From the NCBI GenBank assembly GCA_035559715.1, contig DATMAW010000161.1:2271-66270 (forward strand): a stretch of 64,000 bases of DNA, written 5' to 3'. Shown in pieces: positions 9,016 through 17,935 of this stretch. The DNA comes from Gemmatimonadales bacterium (GTDB taxonomy: Bacteria; Gemmatimonadota; Gemmatimonadetes; Gemmatimonadales; GWC2-71-9). The notes below the pieces were generated by a model. That model saw only the letters and a program-made list of their open reading frames with translations. It had not been told where the DNA came from and ran no database searches. The stretch's first letter is position 1. The number at the start of each line of letters is the position of its first letter. A program made the translations under genes and the position numbers.

Positions 9016-10469
9016 CTCGCCGCCACCGCCGCCAGGCGCCGGTAGCGCCGCCCCACCGCAAGCGCCGTCACGAGCCAGGCCACGACGAGCACGATATTGA
9101 ACAGGGCGAACTGTCGCGTCGTGATGCCCAGCAGCGACGTGCCCGCATAGACCGTGATCGCCTGTAACACATCTCCCAGTCGCTGGGAGAAGCCGTCGGT
9201 CACCTGTTTCGCCTTGTATTTCTCCTCGCGCGTCGTGGGCAAGAAGAGCACGTTGCGAACCGTGTTCTGAATCGAGTAGTCCGTGGCGTTCTCCAGCGTC
9301 TTGGCCCAGCGAATCGCGAGCAAGACGGGTACGAAGGCCATCAGGGCATAGCCCGTGAGCGCGATGAGGGGGAGCACCAGCAGCGCGGCAGGCACGCCCA
9401 GGTAGCGGATGACCCGGGACGTCAGGAACAGCTGAATGATCAGCCCCGATAGCGCCACCGCCGTCTGGAATCCCGAATAGAAGCGCAACACCAGATCCTC
9501 GGCGGTCGGGCCGCCGGCGGGGCCGGCCGCAGCCGTACGTTCGGCGACGGCGATCACGGTCTTGGACAGGACGTACTCGCCATTGGTGTTCACCCAATTG
9601 AGCAGCACGACCAGCAGAGCAATCAGCAGGAGGTATGGATTGCGGAACACCAGCTGGAACGCGCCCCCCGTGGACCCCACGTCTTCTTCCGGCTCCCGCT
9701 GGTCGGGCCGCACCGCTTTGAAGTGCCCGCTCTCCTGGGCGTACTCGCCCGCGGGGACCCTGAACTCTCCCGTTTCGGTGCGGTACTGTACCGTCGCCGC
9801 CGGCAGGACGCCGCTGGTCTTCACGCTCGGCAGCGTGGCCTCACTGCGCCGGCGTTCACGGGCATCGAGCAGATTGGTGATGCCCGTCGCTCCCGCGAGG
9901 ATGGCCGCGGCCACGAGCAACAGCTCGTGGATGCCGACCGGCCCGGCGAGGCGCCCTGCCAACCAGGCGCCGAGGACGGCGCCGGACGACGCGCCGAATC
10001 CCACGATGGGGAAGAGGCGTTTGCCCTCGTTGGTGGTGTACACGTCGTTGGCGAAGGCCCAGAACTGCGCAATGATCATGACGTTGAAGATTCCGAGCCA
10101 GATAAAGAACGGCACTCCGACCCGCCACCCCATTCGGGCTGAGGCATAGAACAGCACCAAGCAGGCCACAAAGATCGCCGTCACCACATTGACGAGCCGG
10201 CGGCGCGGAACGCGCGAGGCCAGCCACCCGTAGGCCGGGACGACCGCCAGCAGCACGAGCGCCTGGCCCGCCGCCGAGTAGCTGCGAACTTCCGCTCCTC
10301 CGCTCGCCACGATCAACGGCTCCCGCACCACCCGCATGATGTAATAGGCCGTAAGGATCAGAAACACGTTGAACATGAGGAGCAGCGCCGTGGGGCTTTC
10401 CCCCGCTCGGACATCCGTGAAGAGCCGGAGGAATCGGTCGAGCCGGGTGGGGCGGGCAGTGGTGGGCAT
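9012..10469 (-). CDS. TLC/Npt1-Npt2-type nucleotide-transporter-like membrane protein
   Basis: LLLMFNVFLILTAYYIMRVVREPLIV and IIAQFWAFANDVYTTNEGKRLFPIVGFGASSG match the two hallmark TLC-family motifs (cf. ILRDTKDTLIV and FWGFANEITK..EAKRFY in Rickettsia/Chlamydia translocases). About 11-12 TM segments. Its stop codon overlaps the stop of the convergent gene (TTAG at 9012-9015). Confidence 0.8.
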   Translation of the reverse strand: MPTTARPTRLDRFLRLFTDVRAGESPTALLLMFNVFLILTAYYIMRVVREPLIVASGGAEVRSYSAAGQALVLLAVVPAYGWLASRVPRRRLVNVVTAIFVACLVLFYASARMGWRVGVPFFIWLGIFNVMIIAQFWAFANDVYTTNEGKRLFPIVGFGASSGAVLGAWLAGRLAGPVGIHELLLVAAAILAGATGITNLLDARERRRSEATLPSVKTSGVLPAATVQYRTETGEFRVPAGEYAQESGHFKAVRPDQREPEEDVGSTGGAFQLVFRNPYLLLIALLVVLLNWVNTNGEYVLSKTVIAVAERTAAAGPAGGPTAEDLVLRFYSGFQTAVALSGLIIQLFLTSRVIRYLGVPAALLVLPLIALTGYALMAFVPVLLAIRWAKTLENATDYSIQNTVRNVLFLPTTREEKYKAKQVTDGFSQRLGDVLQAITVYAGTSLLGITTRQFALFNIVLVVAWLVTALAVGRRYRRLAAVAAS

Positions 10470-10552
10470 GAACTCGTGGAGGTCGAGGGCTGCCCTAACC
10501 TACGAGTCCATTGAACATCCGTAAACCTCAGCGAGGGCCCCGGGGAAGTCCC

Positions 10553-10581
10553 TTGACGACGGCCGACACGGTGATTACTCA
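10553..10581 (+). promoter_or_regulatory. candidate sigma-70-type promoter of the tetR-efflux operon
   Basis: TTGACG (10553-10558), 17 nt spacer, TACTCA (10576-10581), directly upstream of tetR. The -10 element overlaps the first operator palindrome. Confidence 0.45.
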
Positions 10582-10615
10582 TACGCTCGTATGAGCAGAT
10601 CATACGCTCGTATGA
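10579..10615. promoter_or_regulatory. tandem palindromic operator (2 x TCATACG-CT-CGTATGA), probable TetR autoregulatory site
   Basis: The identical 16-mer TCATACGCTCGTATGA occurs at 10579-10594 and at 10600-10615, 21 bp centre to centre (two helical turns). Each has 7-bp inverted arms. Each palindrome contains one of the two candidate tetR start codons (10591, 10612). Confidence 0.6.
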
Positions 10616-11226
10616 ACACCCCGACGGGCACCCCGGCCGCGTTGGTCGCCGCCGCGAGACAGCTGTTCGCCCGTCACGGCTATGCCGGGGCGTCCGTTCG
10701 CGCCATCACGCGCCTGGCGCGCGCCAACCTCGGCGCCGTTACCTATCACTTCGGCTCCAAGGCGGCGCTATACGACGCGGCGCTCGCCTCCATCACCGAC
10801 CCGTTCCGGGAGCGCCTCGCACGCGCCGCCGCCACGGATGAACCGGCACTGGATCGCATCGAGCGGGTGGTGCGGGCCGTCTTCGAGTATCTGCACGAGC
10901 AACCGGACTTCGGGCGGTTCATCCCGCAGGTCATGGTGCGAGGTCGCAAGGTACCGGGCCCCGTTCGGCGCACGATGGAAGCCAATCACGGACTCATCGC
11001 GGGTCTGATCGCGCAGGGCCAGAGGGAAGGCACCATTCGCAGGGGCGACCCGCGCCTGATGGCGCTGTCGGTCGGGGCGCAGCCGTTTTTCCTCACCCTG
11101 ATGCAGGCCGCGCTACAGCGGGCCGTTGCCATTGATCAAAGCCAGCCGGCCGTCCGGGAGCGGCTGGTGCGCTCGGTGATCGAGTTCATCCGCGCCGGAC
11201 TCGCGGCTCGGCAGGAGGGATCATGA
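10591..11226 (+). CDS. TetR/AcrR family transcriptional regulator
   Basis: N-terminal HTH LVAAARQLFARHGYAGASVRAITRLARANLGAVTYHFGSKAALY. An alternative start is ATG 10612. The stop overlaps the next start (ATGA at 11223). Confidence 0.9.
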   Translation: MSRSYARMNTPTGTPAALVAAARQLFARHGYAGASVRAITRLARANLGAVTYHFGSKAALYDAALASITDPFRERLARAAATDEPALDRIERVVRAVFEYLHEQPDFGRFIPQVMVRGRKVPGPVRRTMEANHGLIAGLIAQGQREGTIRRGDPRLMALSVGAQPFFLTLMQAALQRAVAIDQSQPAVRERLVRSVIEFIRAGLAARQEGS

Positions 11227-12569
11227 AGGGATTGCATCGCACGGTGAGCACCGCAGCGCTGATTGTTGTGCCCAGGCTGGCCGCAGCCCAGGCGGACTCC
11301 GCGCTATCCCTGCCCCAGGCCGTCCGCCTGGCGTTGGGTTCCCATCCCGTCGTCGCCGCCGCGCGCGCGGCGGAAGACGAAACCGGGGCGCGGGTCGCAG
11401 AGGCCCGGGCCGCATGGCTGCCGCAGATCATCGCCCAGGGAACCGTCACGCGCTTCGAGTTGCCGATGATCGTGGCACCGCTGCACGGCTTCGATCCGAC
11501 GCGCCCCCCAACGTTCGATCGGACGCTCATACAGGGTGCCGGTCAGCTGGGGTACACGTTGTTCGACGGCGGCGCGCGGGGCGCCCGCATTGGCGCCGCG
11601 CGGGCCGAGGCGGACGGCGCGGAAGCCGGCCTCGAGTCCGCGCTGATGCGCGTCATTGCGGAAACGGCGCGCGCGTACCTCGCCGTACTATCCACCCATA
11701 GCCGGCGCGCGGCGCAGGACCAAGGCCTGGCGGCGCTCGCCGCCGAGCGCAGTCGCGTGATTCAGGCCCTGGACGTGGGACGCGCGGCCCGCGTGGACCT
11801 GCTCCGCGTTGAGGCGGCTATCGCCCAGGCGGAGGCCGAGCACGTCGCGAGCGAGGCGGAGCTCGACATGGCCGAACGCACCCTCGCGCGGCTCCTTGCC
11901 GTCGATCCGGAGCGTACGCGCGCGGCGCGGCTCGCGCCGATCCGTTCGCGCGACACCACGATCGCGTTCGACCGCACCCGGGCGCTCGGCCGCGCAGCCG
12001 CGACGAATCCGGAGCTCGCCCAGGCCCGCCGGCGCGCGGAGGCTGCCGAGTTCGCCAGGCGCGCGGCGCGAGCCGCGTGGTTCCCGCGGCTCGAGCTCGG
12101 CGGAGGGTACCTCGGCTTCGGGGGCGGGACGGTCGATTTCACCGCGGAATGGCAGGCCAGCGCGCGAATTACCTACCCTCTGTTTCAAGGGGGTGCCCGC
12201 GCAGCCGCCATCTCCGCCGCCACGTCGCGCGCCCGCGCCGCGGCTGAGCAGTATCGGGCGGCGCAGATGGAGCTCGAAGCCGCCCTGGATCGGGCGCTCG
12301 CCGCCGCCCGGGAGGCTCGCGCGCGCGTCACCGCGATGAGGCGGGCCGTGGACCACCTCGCCGAGGTCGTCCGCATCGAGCAGCTCGCCCTTGAGGCCGG
12401 CGCCGGCACGCAGACCGACTTTCTCCGGGCCGAGGCCGACCTCCGCCGCTCCCGGGCCGCGCTCATCGAAGCCGAACACGGGGAGATCCTGGCGCGCGTG
12501 GACCTGGCGCGTCTCACCGGCGAGCTGTCAGCCGAGTGGCTCGCGAACACCGTGGAGTCCGTTCCATGA
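11223..12569 (+). CDS. TolC-family outer membrane efflux protein
   Basis: Signal peptide followed by two repeats of the OEP pattern (LSLPQAVRLAL..., coiled Ala/Arg-rich helices, GGGYLGFGGG). ATGA overlap occurs at both ends. Confidence 0.9.
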   Translation: MKGLHRTVSTAALIVVPRLAAAQADSALSLPQAVRLALGSHPVVAAARAAEDETGARVAEARAAWLPQIIAQGTVTRFELPMIVAPLHGFDPTRPPTFDRTLIQGAGQLGYTLFDGGARGARIGAARAEADGAEAGLESALMRVIAETARAYLAVLSTHSRRAAQDQGLAALAAERSRVIQALDVGRAARVDLLRVEAAIAQAEAEHVASEAELDMAERTLARLLAVDPERTRAARLAPIRSRDTTIAFDRTRALGRAAATNPELAQARRRAEAAEFARRAARAAWFPRLELGGGYLGFGGGTVDFTAEWQASARITYPLFQGGARAAAISAATSRARAAAEQYRAAQMELEAALDRALAAAREARARVTAMRRAVDHLAEVVRIEQLALEAGAGTQTDFLRAEADLRRSRAALIEAEHGEILARVDLARLTGELSAEWLANTVESVP

Positions 12570-13570
12570 ACCGCGTCCGGCCCCTGGCTCTCGCTCTCGT
12601 GGCAATCGTCATCCTCGCCCTCGTCCTGGTCATCGCGTTCCGATCCGACACCTCCGGTGCCACGATCGTTGCCTCCGGAACCGTGGAGGCCACGGAGGCA
12701 GACCTTGGGTTTCAGATCCCGGGCCGCATTGACAGCGTCCTGGTGGACGAAGGCGTGACGGTTGAAGCCGGCACTCGACTCGCCACCCTGGATCGCGCCG
12801 AGCTGGAGGCGCGCCGCCGCAGTGCGGTCGCTCAGGTCGCCTCCGCGCGCGCGCGACTGGCCGAGTTGGAATCCGGCTTCCGCTCGGAGGAGGTGGCACA
12901 GGGTCGAGCGGCAGAGCGCGCCGCCGCGCAGCGACTCGCCAACGCGAGAGCGGAGTTGGAGCGTGCGCGACGTCTGTTCGATGGTGGCGCGGTCAGTCGC
13001 TCCGTCATGGACCAGGCGCAGACGGCATACGATGTGGCGGAGGCAGAGCACGAGCGCGTCCGGCAACAGCTGGAACTCCTGGAACGCGGGGCTCGCGTTG
13101 AACAGGTGGCTGCCCAGCGGGCGTTGCTCGCGCAGGCGGAGGCAGCCGTGGCCCAGCTCGATGCAGCGCTCGACGGCGCGGTAATCGAGGCCCCGTTTCG
13201 AGGCATTGTCACCGTGCGCCACCGGGAGCCGGGCGAGACCGTGCCCGCAGGGGCCCCGGTGGTCACCCTCATGAACCCCACGGACCGCTGGGTGCGCATC
13301 TACGTGCGCGGCGACGAGGTTGGACGCCTCGCGCTGGGCCAGCCCGCCACGATATCGGCCGATGCCTACCCGAATCGCGCCTACGCGGGCGAGGTCACCT
13401 TCATCGCCAGTGAAGCCGAGTTCACGCCCCGCAACGTCCAGACGACCGAGGATCGCGTGAAGCTGGTGTACCGCGTGAAAGTCCGAATCACGGACGACCA
13501 CGCGCTGGATCTCAAGCCCGGCCTCCCCGCGGACGTTCGAATCACCGTCGAAGGCGCCGCGGCGCGATAA
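12566..13570 (+). CDS. HlyD-family membrane fusion (periplasmic adaptor) protein
   Basis: Start ATG 12566 overlaps the tolC stop (ATGA). TM anchor LALALVAIVILALVLVIAF, then GTVEATEADLGFQIPGRI, a long coiled coil, and the barrel-sandwich motif APFRGIVTVRHREPGE...PRNVQT. Confidence 0.9.
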   Translation: MNRVRPLALALVAIVILALVLVIAFRSDTSGATIVASGTVEATEADLGFQIPGRIDSVLVDEGVTVEAGTRLATLDRAELEARRRSAVAQVASARARLAELESGFRSEEVAQGRAAERAAAQRLANARAELERARRLFDGGAVSRSVMDQAQTAYDVAEAEHERVRQQLELLERGARVEQVAAQRALLAQAEAAVAQLDAALDGAVIEAPFRGIVTVRHREPGETVPAGAPVVTLMNPTDRWVRIYVRGDEVGRLALGQPATISADAYPNRAYAGEVTFIASEAEFTPRNVQTTEDRVKLVYRVKVRITDDHALDLKPGLPADVRITVEGAAAR

Positions 13571-13581
13571 TCGGTAGCAAT

Positions 13582-14538
13582 GTGAGGCTGCCCGTGTCCC
13601 AGCCTGCCGTGTCTCTGCGCGCGCTGTCCCGTCGCTTCGGTGCCGTGCGTGCCGTCAGCGACCTCACGTTCGACGTGGCACCGGGTGAGCTGTTCGGGAT
13701 CGTCGGTCCCGACGGTGCCGGTAAGACGACCACGCTGCGCATGCTGGCCGGCGTGCTCCGCCCCAGCTCGGGCGATGCCATCGTGCTCGGCACCTCGGTC
13801 GCCACGGACCCCGAGGGCGTGAAGCATCACGTGGCCTACATGTCCCAGCGCTTCGGCCTGTATACCGATCTCACCGTACGAGAGAACATCGACTTCTATG
13901 CCGATCTATACGGCGTTGCCAAGATCGAACGTGCCAGGCGACTCGAGCGGTTGTATGCGTTTTCGGGACTGGGACCGTTCGCGCATCGCCTTGCCGGGCA
14001 ATTGTCGGGCGGGATGAAGCAGAAGCTGGGGCTGTGCGCGGCACTGATTCACCAGCCCGAGGTCATGATACTGGACGAGCCGACGTTCGGCGTGGATCCG
14101 ATCTCCCGCCGCGATCTGTGGCTCATCGTGCATGAGATGGTGGCGGCCGGCACTACGGCGATCGTGTCCACGGCATATCTCGACGAGGCCGAACGGTGCG
14201 ATCGGGTGGCAATGTTGCACGAGGGGCGGCTGCTCGCCCTCGATGCTCCCCTGCCCTTGCAGCGCCGCCTCGCAGGTCGCGTGCTCGCGGTGGAGTCCGA
14301 TCGCCCCAGACACGCGCAGGGCGTCTTGCGCACCGTGCCCAGGGTCCGGCACGCCGTGCTGTTCGGAGACGTCGTGCACGTGATGCTCGACAGTCCCGCA
14401 CAAGACTGGCCGGCAGCGGAGGCGGCGCTTCGCGCGGCGGGTCACACGATCCGCCGCGTTGCAGCCACGGAGCCATCGCTCGAGGACGTGTTCATCGACC
14501 TGGTCGGAACCGCTCCGGCGGAGCACTCGCGTGGCTGA
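13582..14538 (+). CDS. ABC transporter ATP-binding protein (efflux, subunit 1)
   Basis: Walker A GPDGAGKTT, signature LSGGMKQKL, Walker B ILDEPT. Confidence 0.9.
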   Translation: MRLPVSQPAVSLRALSRRFGAVRAVSDLTFDVAPGELFGIVGPDGAGKTTTLRMLAGVLRPSSGDAIVLGTSVATDPEGVKHHVAYMSQRFGLYTDLTVRENIDFYADLYGVAKIERARRLERLYAFSGLGPFAHRLAGQLSGGMKQKLGLCAALIHQPEVMILDEPTFGVDPISRRDLWLIVHEMVAAGTTAIVSTAYLDEAERCDRVAMLHEGRLLALDAPLPLQRRLAGRVLAVESDRPRHAQGVLRTVPRVRHAVLFGDVVHVMLDSPAQDWPAAEAALRAAGHTIRRVAATEPSLEDVFIDLVGTAPAEHSRG

Positions 14539-15469
14539 CGCGGTCCAGGTCACGGAACTCTCGCGTCACTTCGGCGACTTCATCGCGGTGGACCGCATCA
14601 GCTTCACGGTGGCGGAGGGAGAGATCTTCGGCTTCCTCGGGCCCAACGGCGCGGGTAAGACCACCACCATCAAGATGCTGACCGGATTGCTCTCCCCCAC
14701 GTCCGGCCACGCGGTCGTGGCGGGGCACGATGTCGAGACGGAGATCCACCACGTCAAGAACAATCTGGGCTACATGTCGCAACTCTTCTCCCTGTACGGC
14801 GACCTGACCGTGGAGGAGAACATCCAGCTGTTCGCTGCGCTATACGGCGTGACCGGTGAGCGCCTCCGCGCCCGCCGCGAGTGGGTGCTCGAGATGGCCG
14901 GGCTCACGGGAAAGCACCGGCGCCTTACGGCGGAGCTGCCTCTCGGTTGGAAGCAGCGTCTCGCCCTGGGGTGTGCCGTCCTGCACGAGCCGCCGATCCT
15001 GTTCTTGGACGAGCCCACGTCGGGCGTCGACCCGATGTCGCGACGGGCGTTCTGGGACCTGATCTACCAGCTCGCCGCCGGTGGTACGACCGTGTTCGTC
15101 AGCACGCATTACATGGAAGAGGCCGAGTACTGCTATCGCCTCGCGCTCATGAACCGTGGCCGGCTGATTGCGCTCGACCGCCCCGCAGCGCTCAAACAGG
15201 CCATGGTGGAACCCATCTTCTCCGTGAAGGCCGATGATCCCGCCCGCGCGGTGGAAACTTTGAAGGATACCCCTGGAGTCATTGAGGCCGCGATGTTCGG
15301 GCGGCTCGTGCACGTGGTCGTGACGGACGCGGGCGCGGCGCAGTCGGAGATCCCGTCGGCTCTGTCCCGTCGCGGACACCGGGTCGAATCCATCGAGCGC
15401 ATCACGCCGTCGCTCGAAGACGTTTTCGTGGCGCTGGTGCGGAAAGAAGGCGGAGCGGTCATCGGATGA
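14531..15469 (+). CDS. ABC transporter ATP-binding protein (efflux, subunit 2)
   Basis: GTG 14531 overlaps the previous stop (GTGGCTGA). Walker A GPNGAGKTT, signature-like LPLGWKQRL, Walker B LFLDEPT. The 24 upstream codons of track ORF 14459.. overlap the preceding gene and are not credited. Confidence 0.9.
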   Translation: MADAVQVTELSRHFGDFIAVDRISFTVAEGEIFGFLGPNGAGKTTTIKMLTGLLSPTSGHAVVAGHDVETEIHHVKNNLGYMSQLFSLYGDLTVEENIQLFAALYGVTGERLRARREWVLEMAGLTGKHRRLTAELPLGWKQRLALGCAVLHEPPILFLDEPTSGVDPMSRRAFWDLIYQLAAGGTTVFVSTHYMEEAEYCYRLALMNRGRLIALDRPAALKQAMVEPIFSVKADDPARAVETLKDTPGVIEAAMFGRLVHVVVTDAGAAQSEIPSALSRRGHRVESIERITPSLEDVFVALVRKEGGAVIG

Positions 15470-16587
15470 GGCTCGCCCGGCTGTGCGCCATGGCCCGGAA
15501 GGAAGCGATCCAGCTGCGGCGCGACCCGCGCAGCCTTGGGCTCGCCTTTGTGCTCCCGGCGCTCATGCTCCTGTTCTTCGGCTACGCCATCTCCTTCGAC
15601 GTGCGGGACATCCGCATGGCGGTCCTGGACGAGAGCCAGAGCCAGGACAGCCGCGGCCTCGTGCAAGCCTTCCAGGCCTCGGGGTACTTCGACCACGCGG
15701 TAACGCTCACCAGCTACGCCGAGGTGGATGACGTTCTGGGCTCGGGGCGGGCCCGTCTCGTCCTGATCATCCCGCCGGACTTTCACCGCAACCTCGCCGC
15801 GCGCCGCCCGGCGCCCATCCAGATCCTGCTCGACGGCGGCGACGCCAACACCGCCACGATCGCCCAGAACTACGCCGAAGCAATCGTGACCAAGTACACG
15901 GTGGACGCGCTGGCCGCACGCACGGGTTCGCGCCTCGTGCTGCCGGTGATCGCGGAGACACGGGTCTGGTACAACGAAACGCTCGAGAGCCGGAACATGA
16001 TCGTTCCCGGACTGGTCGCGGTCATCATGTCCATCATCGCCGCCCTGCTGACGGCGCTCACCATCGCACGCGAGTGGGAGCGCGGCACGATGGAGCAGCT
16101 CGCCGCAACACCGGTCCATCGGCTGGAGGTCGTCCTGGGCAAGCTGTTGCCCTACGTGGCCATTGGCCTGCTGGACGTGGTCGCCGCCCTCCTGGTCGGT
16201 GTCACGGTGTTCGGCGTGCCGTTCCGCGGCAACATACTACTCCTGGCCGTGCTGACGCTGCTCTTCCTCGTGGGTGCGCTGGGTCTCGGGATGTTCATCT
16301 CCGCAGCGGTGAAAACACAGGTACTCGCCACTCAGGTGGCGATGCTCGTCACCTACATGCCCGCGCTGTTGCTTTCGGGATTCATTTTCACGATCGCCAC
16401 GATGCCGATCGTGCTGCGTGCCGTCACGTACGTCGTCCCGGCGCGCTACTACGTCACGGTGACGCGCGGCGTGCTGCTCAAGGGCGTGGGTCCGGATGTG
16501 CTGTGGCCGCAGGCCATTGCGATGGTGTTGTTCACCATCGTTGGGCTCGGCCTCGCCATTCGAGTGTTCAAGAAGGAGATCGGCTGA
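15466..16587 (+). CDS. ABC-2 type transporter permease (subunit 1)
   Basis: ATGA overlap with the ATPase stop. N-terminal KEAIQLRRDPRSLGLAFVLP, a large periplasmic loop, then 5 C-terminal TMs (YbhS/YbhR-like layout). Confidence 0.9.
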   Translation: MRLARLCAMARKEAIQLRRDPRSLGLAFVLPALMLLFFGYAISFDVRDIRMAVLDESQSQDSRGLVQAFQASGYFDHAVTLTSYAEVDDVLGSGRARLVLIIPPDFHRNLAARRPAPIQILLDGGDANTATIAQNYAEAIVTKYTVDALAARTGSRLVLPVIAETRVWYNETLESRNMIVPGLVAVIMSIIAALLTALTIAREWERGTMEQLAATPVHRLEVVLGKLLPYVAIGLLDVVAALLVGVTVFGVPFRGNILLLAVLTLLFLVGALGLGMFISAAVKTQVLATQVAMLVTYMPALLLSGFIFTIATMPIVLRAVTYVVPARYYVTVTRGVLLKGVGPDVLWPQAIAMVLFTIVGLGLAIRVFKKEIG

Positions 16588-17732
16588 TGGCGCCGTCCGG
16601 ACTGCGCGTGCGCGAAATGGTGAAGAAAGAGTTTCGGCAGCTGCTGCGCGATCCCCGCTCGCGCGCGGTGATGTTCGTGGCGCCCGTGATTCAGCTCGTC
16701 ATGTTTGGCTATGCGGTGAACACCGACATTCGCGATACGGCAACGTGGGTCGTCGACCTCGATCGGACGGCCCAATCACGCGCCCTGGTTGAAGCGTTCC
16801 ACGCCACGGGCTACTTCCAAATCGTGGGACGATCGGAGCGCCCCCACGATCTCGCCGACGCGCTGGATGACGGCGACGCGCTGGTCGGCATCGAGATCCC
16901 TTCCGGATTCACCCAGAAGCTTGCCACCGGCGGCGCCAGGGTGCAGGTGATCGTGGACGGGAGCAACTCCAACTCTGCCACGATTGCCATGGGGTACGCG
17001 CAGCGCATCGTCCAACGGTTCGCCCTCGATTACGCCCGGACTGCGGGCCAGCTCCCCGGCGGCGGCGTGGACCTCCGGATCCGCGCCTGGTACAACCCCA
17101 ACCTCGAGAGCCGCATGTACAACGTCCCGGGCGTCATCGGCATCATCATCCTGCTGATGGCGCTGATCCTCACGGCGCTCGCGGTGGTGCGCGAGCGGGA
17201 ACTGGGCACACTCGACCAACTGATGGTGACGCCCCTGACCGCGCGAGAGCTGATTCTCGGCAAGACCTTGCCGGTTGGACTCGTCGCCCTGGCCGACCTC
17301 GTGCTTGTCTCGAGCATCGCCGTGTTCTGGTTCGACATCCCCATTCGCGGCTCTCCACCCGCATTGCTGTTCGGCGCCGTGCTTTACATCCTCGCCGGCC
17401 TGGGCGTAGGCCTCTTCATCTCCACCATTTCGCGAACGCAGCAGGAAGCGTTCATGTCCATGTTCATGTTCATCGTGCCAGCGATCATCCTGTCGGGATT
17501 CTTTTACCCCGTGAGCAGCATGCCCACCGTGTTCCAATGGATCACGCTGCTCAATCCGGTGCGGCATTTCCTCGAGATCGTCCGTGGCATCTTCCTCAAG
17601 GGCGAGAGCGTCCGCCTGCTCTGGCCCCAGTACCTGGCACTGGGCATCATGGCCGGCGCAATTCTCCGGCTGGCGGTCGGCCGGATAGCCGTCGCAGAGG
17701 GCGCGAGACGGCCGCGGCGAGAGCGGCGATAG
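16587..17732 (+). CDS. ABC-2 type transporter permease (subunit 2)
   Basis: The true start is the ATG in the ATGA overlap at 16587 (MAPSGLRVREMVKKEFRQLLRDPRS...). It is a paralog of the preceding permease. The first 171 codons of track ORF 16074.. are an off-gene extension. Confidence 0.9.
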   Translation: MAPSGLRVREMVKKEFRQLLRDPRSRAVMFVAPVIQLVMFGYAVNTDIRDTATWVVDLDRTAQSRALVEAFHATGYFQIVGRSERPHDLADALDDGDALVGIEIPSGFTQKLATGGARVQVIVDGSNSNSATIAMGYAQRIVQRFALDYARTAGQLPGGGVDLRIRAWYNPNLESRMYNVPGVIGIIILLMALILTALAVVRERELGTLDQLMVTPLTARELILGKTLPVGLVALADLVLVSSIAVFWFDIPIRGSPPALLFGAVLYILAGLGVGLFISTISRTQQEAFMSMFMFIVPAIILSGFFYPVSSMPTVFQWITLLNPVRHFLEIVRGIFLKGESVRLLWPQYLALGIMAGAILRLAVGRIAVAEGARRPRRERR

Positions 17733-17935
17733 GCATCGCGGGCAGACATGGCCCCCGTGCGGGCCAGGCGCGCCGCCCGCGGCGCCGACCAGCATCCCGA
17801 GGAGAATCAGCGCACCGAGGCCGAACCGCATGGCAGCGGGATCTCCGCCCCGGCTGCGGCCCGGGCAAGCCGCCCGCGACGAACTCTCGACCGGTCATTA
17901 GCTTTCTCACTTCGTCCGCCCACTTGGGAGAACCG

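Noticed and set aside
17732-17831. Minus-strand ORF start MRFGLGALILLGMLVGAAGGA (track 16776..17831-) resembles a signal peptide in the gap after the efflux operon.
   Set aside because: The frame never closes and runs 351 codons antisense through the permease gene with junk composition. There is no RBS. It is most likely a chance hydrophobic start.
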